From assembly GCA_035403045.1 (NCBI GenBank), contig DAONEL010000004.1, positions 1 through 53,044 of the forward strand: DNA of 53,044 nt, read 5' to 3'. Origin of the DNA: Bacteroidales bacterium. GTDB lineage: Bacteria; Bacteroidota; Bacteroidia; Bacteroidales; UBA4417. Shown one piece after another: positions 44,501-52,459 of this stretch (position 1 is its first letter; every line of letters begins with the position of its first letter). A program made the translations under genes and the position numbers. The notes beneath the pieces were generated by a model. That model did not search any database. It had not been told where the DNA came from and saw only the letters and a list, made by a program, of their open reading frames with translations.

Positions 44501-47500
44501 AACCACAGGGTAAGGAATGATTGTGAGCAACAGGTCATCGGATGCTGAACCGCATAATGTGTTATAAGCTGTTAGCGTGAGTGTTACATGTCCAAGAATA
44601 TTATCGTTTGATCCGGGCACATATCCGGCATAAAGCGATCCGGGATTGACGAAAGTGCCATCACCTGAAGTTGTCCATTGTACCGAGGTGTACATAAAAG
44701 CGCTTCCTGAGAGTGAGGCGGTGCCGTTTTCACAAATTGTGGCATCAGCGCCTGCAGCAGCTACCGGAAGCTCATTGATGGTAATCATACCGTTCATCGT
44801 CGATTGGCAACCGGTAAAAGTGTTAACAGCCAGCACAGTGTAATTGCCCGGATATTGAGTGCCGAACGAAACCGGGCTGCCTGTTCCGGATACAATGCTG
44901 CTGGTAACCATGCCATTATAATAGAGGGTGTAATTAACACCTGTCTCGGAACCGTCAAGGCCAAGATTGGCTGTTCCGCAATTGGTGCCGGCAGGCGTCA
45001 CATTGAAAACCAAGGGATTGGTGACCATAACTGCCGATCCCGTCATTGTTGACTGGCACGAGAAAGTAGTGGCACTTGCCATGACAGTGTATGTTCCAGC
45101 CAGGGTTTGTATTCCGAAATCCAGCACTCCACCGGTACCTGCAAGGGTGTCAACCGGAATAACGCCGTTGAGCATCAGCGTATAGTTTATTCCCGGGTCG
45201 GAGCCGTTTAATGATATCGGGCTACCCAAACATATAATTCCCTGGGGATAAATAGCATATGATGACGGAAGCGGCTGGTAAACAGTTGAATCATTCATAA
45301 TGGCTGTGCAGCCGAAGTTGTTGCTGGTAGCAATTACAGTATATACTCCAGCCAGCCATTGCGGACCGAAATTAAGCACATTGCCTGTGCCGGCAACCGG
45401 AGCGCCAATTGGCATGGTGCCGTTATAAAGCTGGTAAGTCACACCTGTTTCGGAGCCTGAAAGGCTTATGGACTGGCCTACACAAAGCGTTCCTGAAGGG
45501 GTGAGGTTATACCTGAAAGGTTCGGGATTAATTACAAAAGTTCCGTTCATCAGCGTCTGGCAGTAATTGCTCTGGCTGATGGCCAGAATCGTATATGTGC
45601 CGGCTGTGGTCTGCGGTCCGAAATCTATTGGGTTTCCGCTTCCCGGGATTGTGTCGATATGAATGATGCCATTGAGCAGCAGTACATAATCGATGAGCAG
45701 TTGCGAACTTGTCAGTCCGATGGATGTTCCGGGGCATCCTGATCCGGCAGGAACCACTGAGTATATGGTAGGCTGCGGATAAATAGTTGCACTGTCGGCC
45801 ATCAGGGCGTAACATCCGGTAGCAGGGTTGGTGGCGATTACAGTGTATGTGCCGGGGAATATCTGGGTTCCAAAACTTATTGGCCCGCCTGTACCATTCA
45901 CAGGCACACCGATGTTGATCATATGGTTCCAGCGTAACTGGTACGAAATGCCTGTTTCGGATCCGGTAAGCCCGATGTTTGCACCCGGGCAAAGAATGCC
46001 TGCAGGGATTACTGAGAAGATACCGGGATTGGGATTCATGAGAACTGTCCCCAGCATAGGGGCCTGGCATCCTGTCACAGGATTCATGGCTATAATGTCG
46101 TAAGTTCCGGTTGCATATTGTGGTCCGAAATCAAGGAACCCGACAAGGCCTGTTCCGGTAATTGTATCAATGTTGCTGCCGTTGAGGCGCAGTATGTAAA
46201 GAAGCCCGTTTTCAGATCCGTTGAGCCTCAAAATTGTACCTGCACACTGCGGGCCGGTTGGTGCCATAGTAAAAAGGACGGGGTCAGGGTTCACCGTAAC
46301 CACATAATTTGACGAAACTCCGGCACATCCATTGGCAGTCGGAGTTATTGCGTAGGTCACATTACCGGGAGTGCTGTTGACATTGACCAGGGTTTGGTTG
46401 ATAACACTTCCGCTGCCTGCGCCATAACCGCTGACTCCGGGATCACCGCTTGCTGACCAGCTGAAGGTTGAGCCGGTAACATTCGATGTGAGTGGAATCC
46501 ATGTGCTGAAGCCGGTACAAACTGACTGGAACAATGGCCCGCTGGTAATGTAAACCTGCGGATTGACAGTCACTGCATAGTTTACAGTACTTCCAAAACA
46601 ACCGTTGGCGGCTGGAGTAATTGAATAAGTCACTGTTCCGGGAGTGTTTCCCGAATTATTGAGTACCTGGCTTATAACATTTCCGCTGCCCGAAGAGTAT
46701 CCTGAAGTACCTGAGGTACCTGAAGCGAGCCAGCTATAGGAGCTTCCGCCAACCGATGAAGTAAGCGAAATGGAGGTGGAAGAACCTGAGCAGATAACGG
46801 CAGACAACGGGAAGTTGGTTACAGCCGGGATCGGATTTACCGTTACCGTGTATGTATAGGGATTGCCGCTGCATCCGTTGACCAATGGAGTAATGATATA
46901 AGTGACCGTTCCCTGGGTTGTTGATACAGTGCTGATTGTCTGGGCAATAGAGCTTCCGCTCCCTGCTGAAAACCCGCTTACTCCGGCTGTGCCCGTGGCA
47001 GTCCATGAAAAAGTAGTACTGGGAATGCTTGAAGCCAGGCTCAGATTAATGGTTGTGCCTGAACAGATGACAGTGGTTGCCGGAAAAACAAACACATCAG
47101 GAACAGGGTTAACCGTCACTGTGTAGGTGTAAGGATCGGTGGTGCAACCATAATTCGAAACCTGGATGTCGTAATAAACGAAGTTTATACTCGGATCGTT
47201 ATTGACAAGGGTTTGGTTAATGTTTTTACTCGTTCCTGATGTCGGGATGATTCCTGAAACATTACCTGTATTTGTGGCATTCCAGTTAACAGTGGCAGCA
47301 ACGGGTGAAGTAGTGAGAGTTATATTGGTATTGCTGCCTGAGCAAATAATTGATGCAAGCGAAGGATTGGTAAGTGTAACCGGCGGTGTAACTTCAACCT
47401 GGGCTGAAACTACCGGTCCTGCAATCCCGCCGTACCATGGAGTTATCCAGTATGTAATAATGTGGTTTGCCATACTTGAATTCACAAGTACCTGTGATAT

Positions 47501-50011
47501 CAGGTTACCTGAACCCGGTGCCTGGCCCGAAACAGATGCAGGGCCGGTGACAGTCCATGTAAATGTTGCACCAGGAACACTCGAACTCAGATGAATAATG
47601 GCAGTATCGCCGGAGCAGATGATCTGGTAAGCAGGAACAGCAACACCATCAGGGCCGACAGTAATAACAATGTTTGCCTGGTTCGACAGGTTCGACAGCA
47701 TATCCATAATTGTATAAGGCACCGAAACCGTTCCAATGAATGCAACATTGGGAATAAAAGTAAGTACTCCCGAGGCATTTACTGATAATGTGCCGATACC
47801 GGGAAGAGTAAGCGTTTGCTGAAGGCCGGCTAATGCAGGATTTAAATCCACAGTAGCAGGATTGATGATAAAATCTCCAGGCTGATCATTGAGTATAACA
47901 TTGATGATGCCTGGAGTAGTATTTGAAGTATAAATGGTATCGTTAACAGCAATCGGTGCACAAGTGTCACATAATATATGTACAGCCAGTGAAGCAGGGC
48001 TGAAACAACCTGTGGTGTTATTGATAGCAAACAGGTAGTAAACACCTGCGGGAGCAGAGGTTGGGCTGGGTACCAGCGTTGCAGGCGATGGGCTGGTCGC
48101 TGAAGTGTACCAGGTGAGTGTGGTTCCGGGTTGTGCTGCAGGCTGAACTGAGGTGAGGTCGCCGGTTTTAAACGGACAGGGCCTGATAATAAGCGGTGAA
48201 GGAACCGGTGTCACTGTTACCGTTATATTAAGAGGGGCGGATGCAGTTCCGCTGCCGCAATTTGCATTATAGAGTACAACAGCTATGGTTCCCGAAGTCG
48301 CTGTTGAATCAATGTCAAAGGTTACAGATGGGACTAAAGTTGTGTCAACTGTGCCGTCGGGCAGGTACCAAATGTAACGGTCAGTTGAAAGCTGTGCAGG
48401 GATTGAATAGGTCACACTTGTTTGTCCCTGGCATACCTGCGATGGCCCTGATGGTACAGGTGCAGCAGGCGGAGTGCGATGAATGGCTACCATTAAGCCG
48501 GCAGGACCATTTTTAAGGTAATACCACCACGAATTATGTGTAAGCGTATCCTGTGACCCCGTGTATCGCCATGGATGGCATCCTGTTACTGTGCCGCCGG
48601 TGGGATACATACACCCTGTAAGATTGGTTGAACCTCCCACATTGATATCATCCCAATAGATCGGTAGAATTGAAGGGCCTGAAATCGAAGGCCTGATAAG
48701 GTCAACTTTTATTCCAAAACGGTTGTCTTCAACATCATACAAAGGTAAGTTGGTCAAACCGTTAAGGTAGGTAATATTCATATTGTAAACGGCGCCGTTC
48801 TGGACAATACCGCCTAATCCGTTTATACCATTCCAGTGAATCGTATCCCACACATTGCAACTGTCGTTTCCAATAACGGGCTGTGTTATGGTTACATCTT
48901 CCGGCCCTGTTCCTGCCGGTAATACATCTATAATCACCGTCATGGTGCCCGGCCGGGTTACCTTTACAAGGATATCTGTTGTGCCATCACAGTATGGCTG
49001 CGAGACAACATCACAAATTCGTCCCAGGACACCTGATTTATACACATTTGTGTCAGGATCGTTCAGGAAAAGTTTATATTGTGGAATTACCGTGCCGTTT
49101 CCCATGATTGACCTGCGATCGATATTCCAGGTTCCGGTGTTGGCAGTTCCATACTGGTTACAGTAAACGGTGAAAACGCCACCGGCAAAGCCGTTGCAGT
49201 TAAAACGGGTCACAATGCTGTCGGTTGTGAAAGAGTAAAATGAAGCATAGCTTTTTCCCCCGGCTGCTGCCGAGGTGGTTGAAGAACTCATCTGCCAGGC
49301 TTTACTCCATAAGCGTCCGTCAATGGGAGTAGTGCCGCTGGCCACAGTGAGGTCAAAATAGCGTAACGCCCGCCCGTCAATGTCTATGGGTAAATTGTTC
49401 TTCGAAAACTCGATATAGTAATTACCTGCAATGGTTGGCGTGAATGAGAGAGGTGTATACCCTGCTGGTACTGTTCCACCTATGTTTGGTCCGGCCTGTG
49501 CCTGTGCATTTGTGGCAATATAACCTGCTCCGGCGGTTGGCAGCGCTGTCATGGCAAAGCCAGGCACAACGTTGTTATTAGGATCCTTTATCTGGAACTG
49601 CAGATCGTTGAGTACGGCATTTCCATAATTTATTGCTGAACCAAAACCGAAATAGACTACTTCGGTACCCGGATTGTCAATGAAAAAATACAGGCGGTAG
49701 TCGGATGAACATCCTAACTGTGCAAAAGGGACACGAAACTGGGTGAGATCATTATCAAAATATAACTTGCAATATTGTGTTCCCGGACCAACAATAGGTT
49801 CAAGCTGGCGGGTTCCTTCTGCTGATACCAGAAGCGATTGAAAGACCAGAGTAACAATGAGCAATAGTCTGGCAATCAATAATTTTCCTGGCAAAGTGAC
49901 AAACTTTGTAATGAAGTTTTTACTCTTAGTATTCCTTTCTGCCTGAAGTTGCAAATTGGCCGAATCCCGGCAATAACCAAAAGGCGATGTAAAGTGTACA
50001 AGTGATCTCAT
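38504..50011 (-). CDS. Giant (3835 aa) cell-surface repeat protein/adhesin with 21 PKD domains and type B T9SS (gliding-motility-associated) C-terminal domain
   Basis: A single uninterrupted 11.5-kb frame. The signal peptide is KLLIARLLLIVTLVFQSLLVSAEG, with ATG at 50011; an alternative TTG at 49894 would give MPGKLLIARLL. The protein contains a non-repetitive head, three other repeat families and then 21 PKD units (W.W.FGDG). The C-terminus is YIPNAFSPD...LDRWGNVIW...GWDG...GVYMW...GTVTLIR. Confidence 0.93.
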   Translation of the reverse strand: MRSLVHFTSPFGYCRDSANLQLQAERNTKSKNFITKFVTLPGKLLIARLLLIVTLVFQSLLVSAEGTRQLEPIVGPGTQYCKLYFDNDLTQFRVPFAQLGCSSDYRLYFFIDNPGTEVVYFGFGSAINYGNAVLNDLQFQIKDPNNNVVPGFAMTALPTAGAGYIATNAQAQAGPNIGGTVPAGYTPLSFTPTIAGNYYIEFSKNNLPIDIDGRALRYFDLTVASGTTPIDGRLWSKAWQMSSSTTSAAAGGKSYASFYSFTTDSIVTRFNCNGFAGGVFTVYCNQYGTANTGTWNIDRRSIMGNGTVIPQYKLFLNDPDTNVYKSGVLGRICDVVSQPYCDGTTDILVKVTRPGTMTVIIDVLPAGTGPEDVTITQPVIGNDSCNVWDTIHWNGINGLGGIVQNGAVYNMNITYLNGLTNLPLYDVEDNRFGIKVDLIRPSISGPSILPIYWDDINVGGSTNLTGCMYPTGGTVTGCHPWRYTGSQDTLTHNSWWYYLKNGPAGLMVAIHRTPPAAPVPSGPSQVCQGQTSVTYSIPAQLSTDRYIWYLPDGTVDTTLVPSVTFDIDSTATSGTIAVVLYNANCGSGTASAPLNITVTVTPVPSPLIIRPCPFKTGDLTSVQPAAQPGTTLTWYTSATSPSPATLVPSPTSAPAGVYYLFAINNTTGCFSPASLAVHILCDTCAPIAVNDTIYTSNTTPGIINVILNDQPGDFIINPATVDLNPALAGLQQTLTLPGIGTLSVNASGVLTFIPNVAFIGTVSVPYTIMDMLSNLSNQANIVITVGPDGVAVPAYQIICSGDTAIIHLSSSVPGATFTWTVTGPASVSGQAPGSGNLISQVLVNSSMANHIITYWITPWYGGIAGPVVSAQVEVTPPVTLTNPSLASIICSGSNTNITLTTSPVAATVNWNATNTGNVSGIIPTSGTSKNINQTLVNNDPSINFVYYDIQVSNYGCTTDPYTYTVTVNPVPDVFVFPATTVICSGTTINLSLASSIPSTTFSWTATGTAGVSGFSAGSGSSIAQTISTVSTTQGTVTYIITPLVNGCSGNPYTYTVTVNPIPAVTNFPLSAVICSGSSTSISLTSSVGGSSYSWLASGTSGTSGYSSGSGNVISQVLNNSGNTPGTVTYSITPAANGCFGSTVNYAVTVNPQVYITSGPLFQSVCTGFSTWIPLTSNVTGSTFSWSASGDPGVSGYGAGSGSVINQTLVNVNSTPGNVTYAITPTANGCAGVSSNYVVTVNPDPVLFTMAPTGPQCAGTILRLNGSENGLLYILRLNGSNIDTITGTGLVGFLDFGPQYATGTYDIIAMNPVTGCQAPMLGTVLMNPNPGIFSVIPAGILCPGANIGLTGSETGISYQLRWNHMINIGVPVNGTGGPISFGTQIFPGTYTVIATNPATGCYALMADSATIYPQPTIYSVVPAGSGCPGTSIGLTSSQLLIDYVLLLNGIIHIDTIPGSGNPIDFGPQTTAGTYTILAISQSNYCQTLMNGTFVINPEPFRYNLTPSGTLCVGQSISLSGSETGVTYQLYNGTMPIGAPVAGTGNVLNFGPQWLAGVYTVIATSNNFGCTAIMNDSTVYQPLPSSYAIYPQGIICLGSPISLNGSDPGINYTLMLNGVIPVDTLAGTGGVLDFGIQTLAGTYTVMASATTFSCQSTMTGSAVMVTNPLVFNVTPAGTNCGTANLGLDGSETGVNYTLYYNGMVTSSIVSGTGSPVSFGTQYPGNYTVLAVNTFTGCQSTMNGMITINELPVAAAGADATICENGTASLSGSAFMYTSVQWTTSGDGTFVNPGSLYAGYVPGSNDNILGHVTLTLTAYNTLCGSASDDLLLTIIPYPVVDAGPDAVVCDACNYQITNSAASNTTSVYWITSGTGTFSNSTDLHPFYYPSTTDYALGSVVLTLTGNGISPCGEDNDHMILSFDPNPGVDFTWGASCEHESVDFFVDPVATNTGAIASWYWDFGDGGSSLLMNPAHIFPGWGPYNVRLTAIDTTGYVRIVQHEVYVSQPPAALFATSDPNCSNEEVQFKDLSHTLYGYIEQWVWHYNDGLPNDTINFPDDPNVRHLFDTSGVFNVVLTIRNSFGCENSIIMPVTVIPAPVANFYYNGECDSTVVNFFDASYANGAGNVVQWWWNFDDPISGINNTSELENPTHTFSKPGTYMVTHVVRNFNNCTDTIVKPVIILPPQDVQFTHTYTCIDELTHFIPDTTSINAGAVATWLWDFGDGLTSNEMFASHAYTLPGTYQVTLTITDTSDCVDYGSQLLVVNPEPVANFSTEPWLCEDSPVQFTDQSLAVAGYIHRWEWIFGDGDTLVVNHPDNPNVEHIYDAAGTYFVTLKITVTDSCTAEVTNSITINPAPVANFAFDHNCQDNLTQFNDLSQLAGGGNVTAWAWNFGDPASGIANTSTLQNPLHEYAATGTYNVSLTVTTANGCSDEVIIPVTIVPAPAAEFTFQQNCAGTATLFTPAATIPVAGIDTWFWDFGDGSTSSLQQPAHQYATIGNYQVTFTITDTAGCSNSITHTVTIVPSPVSNFTSSQPSCSGNAITFNSLASVQVGYIVEWTWDFGDGTSQTITIPENPNITHTYATYGQFPVTLTVVTNDSCSASRTIPVNVLQSPLANFSFDGSCVADPVHFNDLSQGGTITSWNWNFGDIYAGGSNSSMLQNPQHTYSMPGTYPVKLITGNVNGCFDTIVKSVVISPAPAVDFTFNAGCANDTVHFVSSASVNMTTTVSWLWQFGDGNTSTDSDPFHVYAMPGFYNVSLTINDTSGCDNTKTRIVPVTQAPVAAFATSSLSCSGMPVAFNDMSTTSNGTISSWHWNFDDGTDTTIYAPANPDIEHVFAVAGTYNVTLSITTTAGCEDDVTLAVTVNFAPVAAFEVQGSCPGQPAMFTDQSQASGGSTIVSWSWNFGDPASGSNTSYMQNPQHIYSQPGTYTVTLQVENMNGCTANISQNITVTPPTAVAIASGIPACFGTPVILSIDSAITNPADIASYDWDFGDGTPHSSLANPSHTYNAPGNYTIILTITDLNGCNNTDDQPITVHTSPVAQFSSVNSCVNLYTSFTDQSFVPDGDPIVSWSWDFGVGGSANDTSSLQNPVWMYATGGTYQVSLEVTTLGGCTGSVTSTVTILPKPEAGFAYIAEPCHHGSVSFSDSSYSQQSVITSWYWEFEPGSYSTLRNPTYVFLNTDTWYNVKLTVTNAQGCTDTIIKPVYVPSGLSMTFTAAETCFGDTTQFSPQLLPPVTDSIAFYSWNFGDPNTGIYNLSTLRYPAHRFSKAGTYVVTLTATTPSLCTTTIYRQVEIVGLPKPKFSYTGGDCTDMVELKDLTSGTNLTQWIWEFGDGNTVTINAPANPNVSHSYPNAGLYMTSLTVTNAHGCVSSVTDSVKRLPCIASNFNINDTTACQNRTMHFSDMSTCAGPIANWMWDFGDGTTQAYTSPQDLVEHTFTSAGTYTVRLVVNTQLVGGVAAADTSAKAVWVHPAPRAQFVWNDVCLSTSSEFKNTTNQNGLQVRDYSWDFGDFASVHDTSSALDPSYLYTEAGGYDVKMVAGNTMGCTDTIVHTVNVFDSPKAEFNWQSSCDGDPVQFVDKSDTASAPLKSWNWYFHDDAGAVIGAATSQNPAFDFANPGLFYTELSVTDKHGCENKTGKQVAVNSSPVAAFTIKDNYGDTQGQIQIQNGTINGSNYLWDFGDGKTSYAESPVTTYDKGGSYTIRLITWNGQNCADTAEIKYELTFKGLYIPNAFSPDDPQESVRLFKPVGMNLRDYHIEVLDRWGNVIWSSEKLDKNGTPVEGWDGTLNSVPVQSGVYMWRASATFTDGTKWDGVNVGDNTILPQTDTGTVTLIR
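38845..44250 (-). repeat. Intragenic array of 21 PKD domains (about 86 aa each)
   Basis: I counted 21 occurrences of the W-x-W-x-F-G-D-G/P core and its variants in the translated frame. Boundaries are approximate, within about 30 nt. Confidence 0.8.
44780..46290 (-). repeat. Intragenic array of six ~84-aa Cys-bracketed repeats
   Basis: The unit pattern is P.G..C.G..I.L.GSE.G..Y.L..NG....(V/I).GTG..(L/I).FG.Q..G.YT(V/I).A.....C...M, seen six times in tandem. Boundaries are approximate. Confidence 0.75.
46290..47632 (-). repeat. Intragenic array of five ~89-aa PKD-like repeats
   Basis: The unit pattern is (V/I)CSG....I.L.S......(F/Y)SW.A.G..GVSG...GSG..I.Q.L.N......VTY.ITP..NGC.G....Y.VTVNP, seen five times in tandem. 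Boundaries are approximate. Confidence 0.75.
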
Positions 50012-50246
50012 AGTCCCTGCGATTAGTTCTCAAAACCGGTTTTCGTAAAGTGTCCAGTCTCCGAATACCTATAAATTCTTATCTATTAATAGCTTGCTGA
50101 CTGATAGGTAATACTTTTAGTACGAAAAATTGTACAGGTTCATTTTTCGCATCCGTGAAATGGAAAATTATGCCCTCAGATTGATCTTAAGTCATGTTTT
50201 GAATCCTTAATTTTCATCATCGGTAAGTCAATCAGTCCGAAATAGG

Positions 50247-50254
50247 TAATTTTG
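50247..50254 (+). promoter_or_regulatory. -7 promoter box TAATTTTG upstream of deoC
   Basis: Exact TAnnTTTG lies 46 nt upstream of the ATG at 50301. Confidence 0.35.
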
Positions 50255-50300
50255 TAAAATCTGATGCAAATACTTCACAAAAATTTTTTGATTACTTGCC

Positions 50301-51107
50301 ATGGACAATTATTTCGAAGAACTGACAACGCCTTTTAAAACCGGGGAAGCACGCCGCAAAGCGCTAGGCAGAATACTTGGTTTCCTGGATCTTACTACAC
50401 TCGAAGGTATTGATAACCAGCAACGTGTGAATGCCCTCTGCGATAAGGCACTCAGTTTTAAAGCATTGAATCTGCCATCACCCGCGGCCGTCTGTGTTTA
50501 TCCGCCATTTGCAGGTTTGGTTTCTGAAAGGTTGAAAGGATCGGGGATTAAAACAGCAGCAGTTGCCGGCGCTTTTCCTTCAGGACAACTGCCAATCCAC
50601 CTTAAGGTCGCCGAAGTTGAATATGCTGTAGCAGAAGGCGCTGATGAAATTGACATGGTGATTTCGAGAGGTACTTTTTTAGCTGGTGATTATAATACGA
50701 TCAGGAACGAAGTGGCTGAAATGAAAAAAGCCTGTGGCATTGCGCACCTGAAAGTCATTCTGGAAACCGGCGAATTGGCTTCTTCAGAGAATGTTTGCAA
50801 AGCTTCAGAACTGGCAATTGCCGGTGGCGCCGATTTCATCAAAACAAGTACCGGCAAAATTCAGCCCGCTGCTACACCCGAAGCCATGGCAGTTATGCTG
50901 GATGTGATTGCTGCTCACTACAAATCATCAGGGCTCAAGGTTGGAATCAAGCCTGCGGGAGGTATTTCTTTACCTGATCAGGCGCTGATATATTACGCCC
51001 TGGTTCACAACAAATTAGGCGATGAATGGTTAAATAGCAGCCTTTTCCGCATTGGCGCCAGCCGCCTGGCTGATGCCATTGTAAAAGAACTTACCGAAGG
51101 TGTTTAA
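50301..51107 (+). CDS. deoC: Deoxyribose-phosphate aldolase (long form)
   Basis: DLTTLEG, VCVYPPF, DEIDMVISRG, LKVILETGEL and the Schiff-base lysine region DFIKTSTGK are present, followed by IKPAGGI. Confidence 0.9.
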   Translation: MDNYFEELTTPFKTGEARRKALGRILGFLDLTTLEGIDNQQRVNALCDKALSFKALNLPSPAAVCVYPPFAGLVSERLKGSGIKTAAVAGAFPSGQLPIHLKVAEVEYAVAEGADEIDMVISRGTFLAGDYNTIRNEVAEMKKACGIAHLKVILETGELASSENVCKASELAIAGGADFIKTSTGKIQPAATPEAMAVMLDVIAAHYKSSGLKVGIKPAGGISLPDQALIYYALVHNKLGDEWLNSSLFRIGASRLADAIVKELTEGV

Positions 51108-51140
51108 ACAAATTCGTTCAAAGGAAAACTTCTCACCAGA

Positions 51141-51944
51141 TTGAAAAAGAAGATATTAATTATCGCATTTCTCGCTTTGTCAGCATTTGCAGGAGCACAA
51201 ACCACCCTTGATACGGCGGTGAATTTCACCGTCAAAGATGTTGATGGGGTGACACACCGGCTCGATGAATACCTCAGCCAGGGGAAAAGTGTTCTTGTCG
51301 AATTTTTCACCATCACCTGCGGCCCCTGTATCACATATGCGCCCGAAATTAATGCCGCTTATGAAGATTATGGCTGCAACCATGGCGATATTGTTTTCCT
51401 CGGAATTAACTGGGGGGCCAATAACCAGCAGGTGATCGAGTTTGGTGAAACATATGGCGCCCGTTATCCGAAAGTGAGCGGGCTCGAAGGGAATGGAAAT
51501 CATGTGGTTGCCGATTACCAGGTTATCTCATATCCTACGCTCATTCTCATTGAGCCTGGCGGACTCATTTCAGAACAATACATCTGGCCGCCTACGCATC
51601 AGCACATTGATAGTGTTCTGGCTATTCACGGAGTTCAACAAATGCCTTGTAATACCATGTTAGGGGAGAGCCGTAAGAGGTTGGCTGATAACCTCATTAC
51701 CAATGTTTTTCCAAATCCTGCAACAGGCTTTTTTACAATTGAAACATCATCAAATTTCGAAGGTGAGCTGATTATGATGAGTGTGATGGGACAAACCCTT
51801 CATCATCAGGCAATTGCAACAGTTGCCGGTCAACCATTGCTGATCGCAGCCACCGGTTTGCCCGGAGGCTTTTACCGTATCATAATGAAGAGAAATGGCA
51901 TGATAGTTGGATCAGCTTCCATAGTAATTTGTACAGGGAACTGA
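51141..51944 (+). CDS. Thioredoxin-fold (TlpA/redoxin-like, CGPC) protein with type A T9SS C-terminal sorting domain
   Basis: A TTG start at 51141 gives a textbook signal peptide (M)KKKILIIAFLALSAFAGAQ, and there is no nearby ATG. The active-site context is VLVEFFTITCGPC, with the cis-Pro region SYPT. The tail is NVFPNPATGFFTIE...GGFYRIIMKRNGMIVGSASIVI. Confidence 0.8.
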   Translation: MKKKILIIAFLALSAFAGAQTTLDTAVNFTVKDVDGVTHRLDEYLSQGKSVLVEFFTITCGPCITYAPEINAAYEDYGCNHGDIVFLGINWGANNQQVIEFGETYGARYPKVSGLEGNGNHVVADYQVISYPTLILIEPGGLISEQYIWPPTHQHIDSVLAIHGVQQMPCNTMLGESRKRLADNLITNVFPNPATGFFTIETSSNFEGELIMMSVMGQTLHHQAIATVAGQPLLIAATGLPGGFYRIIMKRNGMIVGSASIVICTGN

Positions 51945-52011
51945 CGATCGTAAAAAGAATTCAGATCAGCCCATCACACATATTGTCAAGTCGTTGTAAA
52001 AAAATCACCCA

Positions 52012-52440
52012 ATGAAAGCCATCAATCTATACCTTTTCCTGATATTTTCAGCAGCCATGCTCTTCGCCGTATCGTGCGAAGACATTGATAATCCTGATGA
52101 CACCGGTGATCCACGCGACAAGATGACCGGCACATGGCAGTTCATCGAAAACTCAGTGAAAAGCACCCGTTCGCTTAGCTATGTTGTTACCATCACCAAA
52201 GATCCTGATAACAGCAGCCAGGTGATTCTTAAGAATTTCGGAAACCCCGGAACATCTGATATTCAGTCAGTAGGCATAACAACATCAAGCCAGATTGTTG
52301 TTACGGAGCAGACGTTGTCAAACGGATGGGTGGTTGAAGGTTCAGGCAAACTTGATGGCACCGAAACCATGAACTGGACTTATTCGATCATCGTGGGCGG
52401 CGATCTTGAGCAGTATACGGCTGTTGCAACTAAGCTCTGA
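52012..52440 (+). CDS. Small lipoprotein (hypothetical, lipocalin-like size)
   Basis: Lipobox LFAVSC. The mature part is about 120 aa and beta-rich. No family recognised. Confidence 0.65.
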   Translation: MKAINLYLFLIFSAAMLFAVSCEDIDNPDDTGDPRDKMTGTWQFIENSVKSTRSLSYVVTITKDPDNSSQVILKNFGNPGTSDIQSVGITTSSQIVVTEQTLSNGWVVEGSGKLDGTETMNWTYSIIVGGDLEQYTAVATKL

Positions 52441-52459
52441 TGAAATTACCAGCCTGACT

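Noticed and set aside
38504-50011. Dozens of 60-180-aa track ORFs on both strands inside the giant gene (for example 45528..46070 minus, 47202..47594 plus, 41351..41584 plus).
   Set aside because: All are embedded in one uninterrupted 3835-codon frame whose translation shows coherent, repeated domain signatures. The embedded ORFs translate to low-complexity or repeat-shadow sequences with no motifs. They are by-products of the Thr/Gly/Ser/Asn-rich repeat coding.
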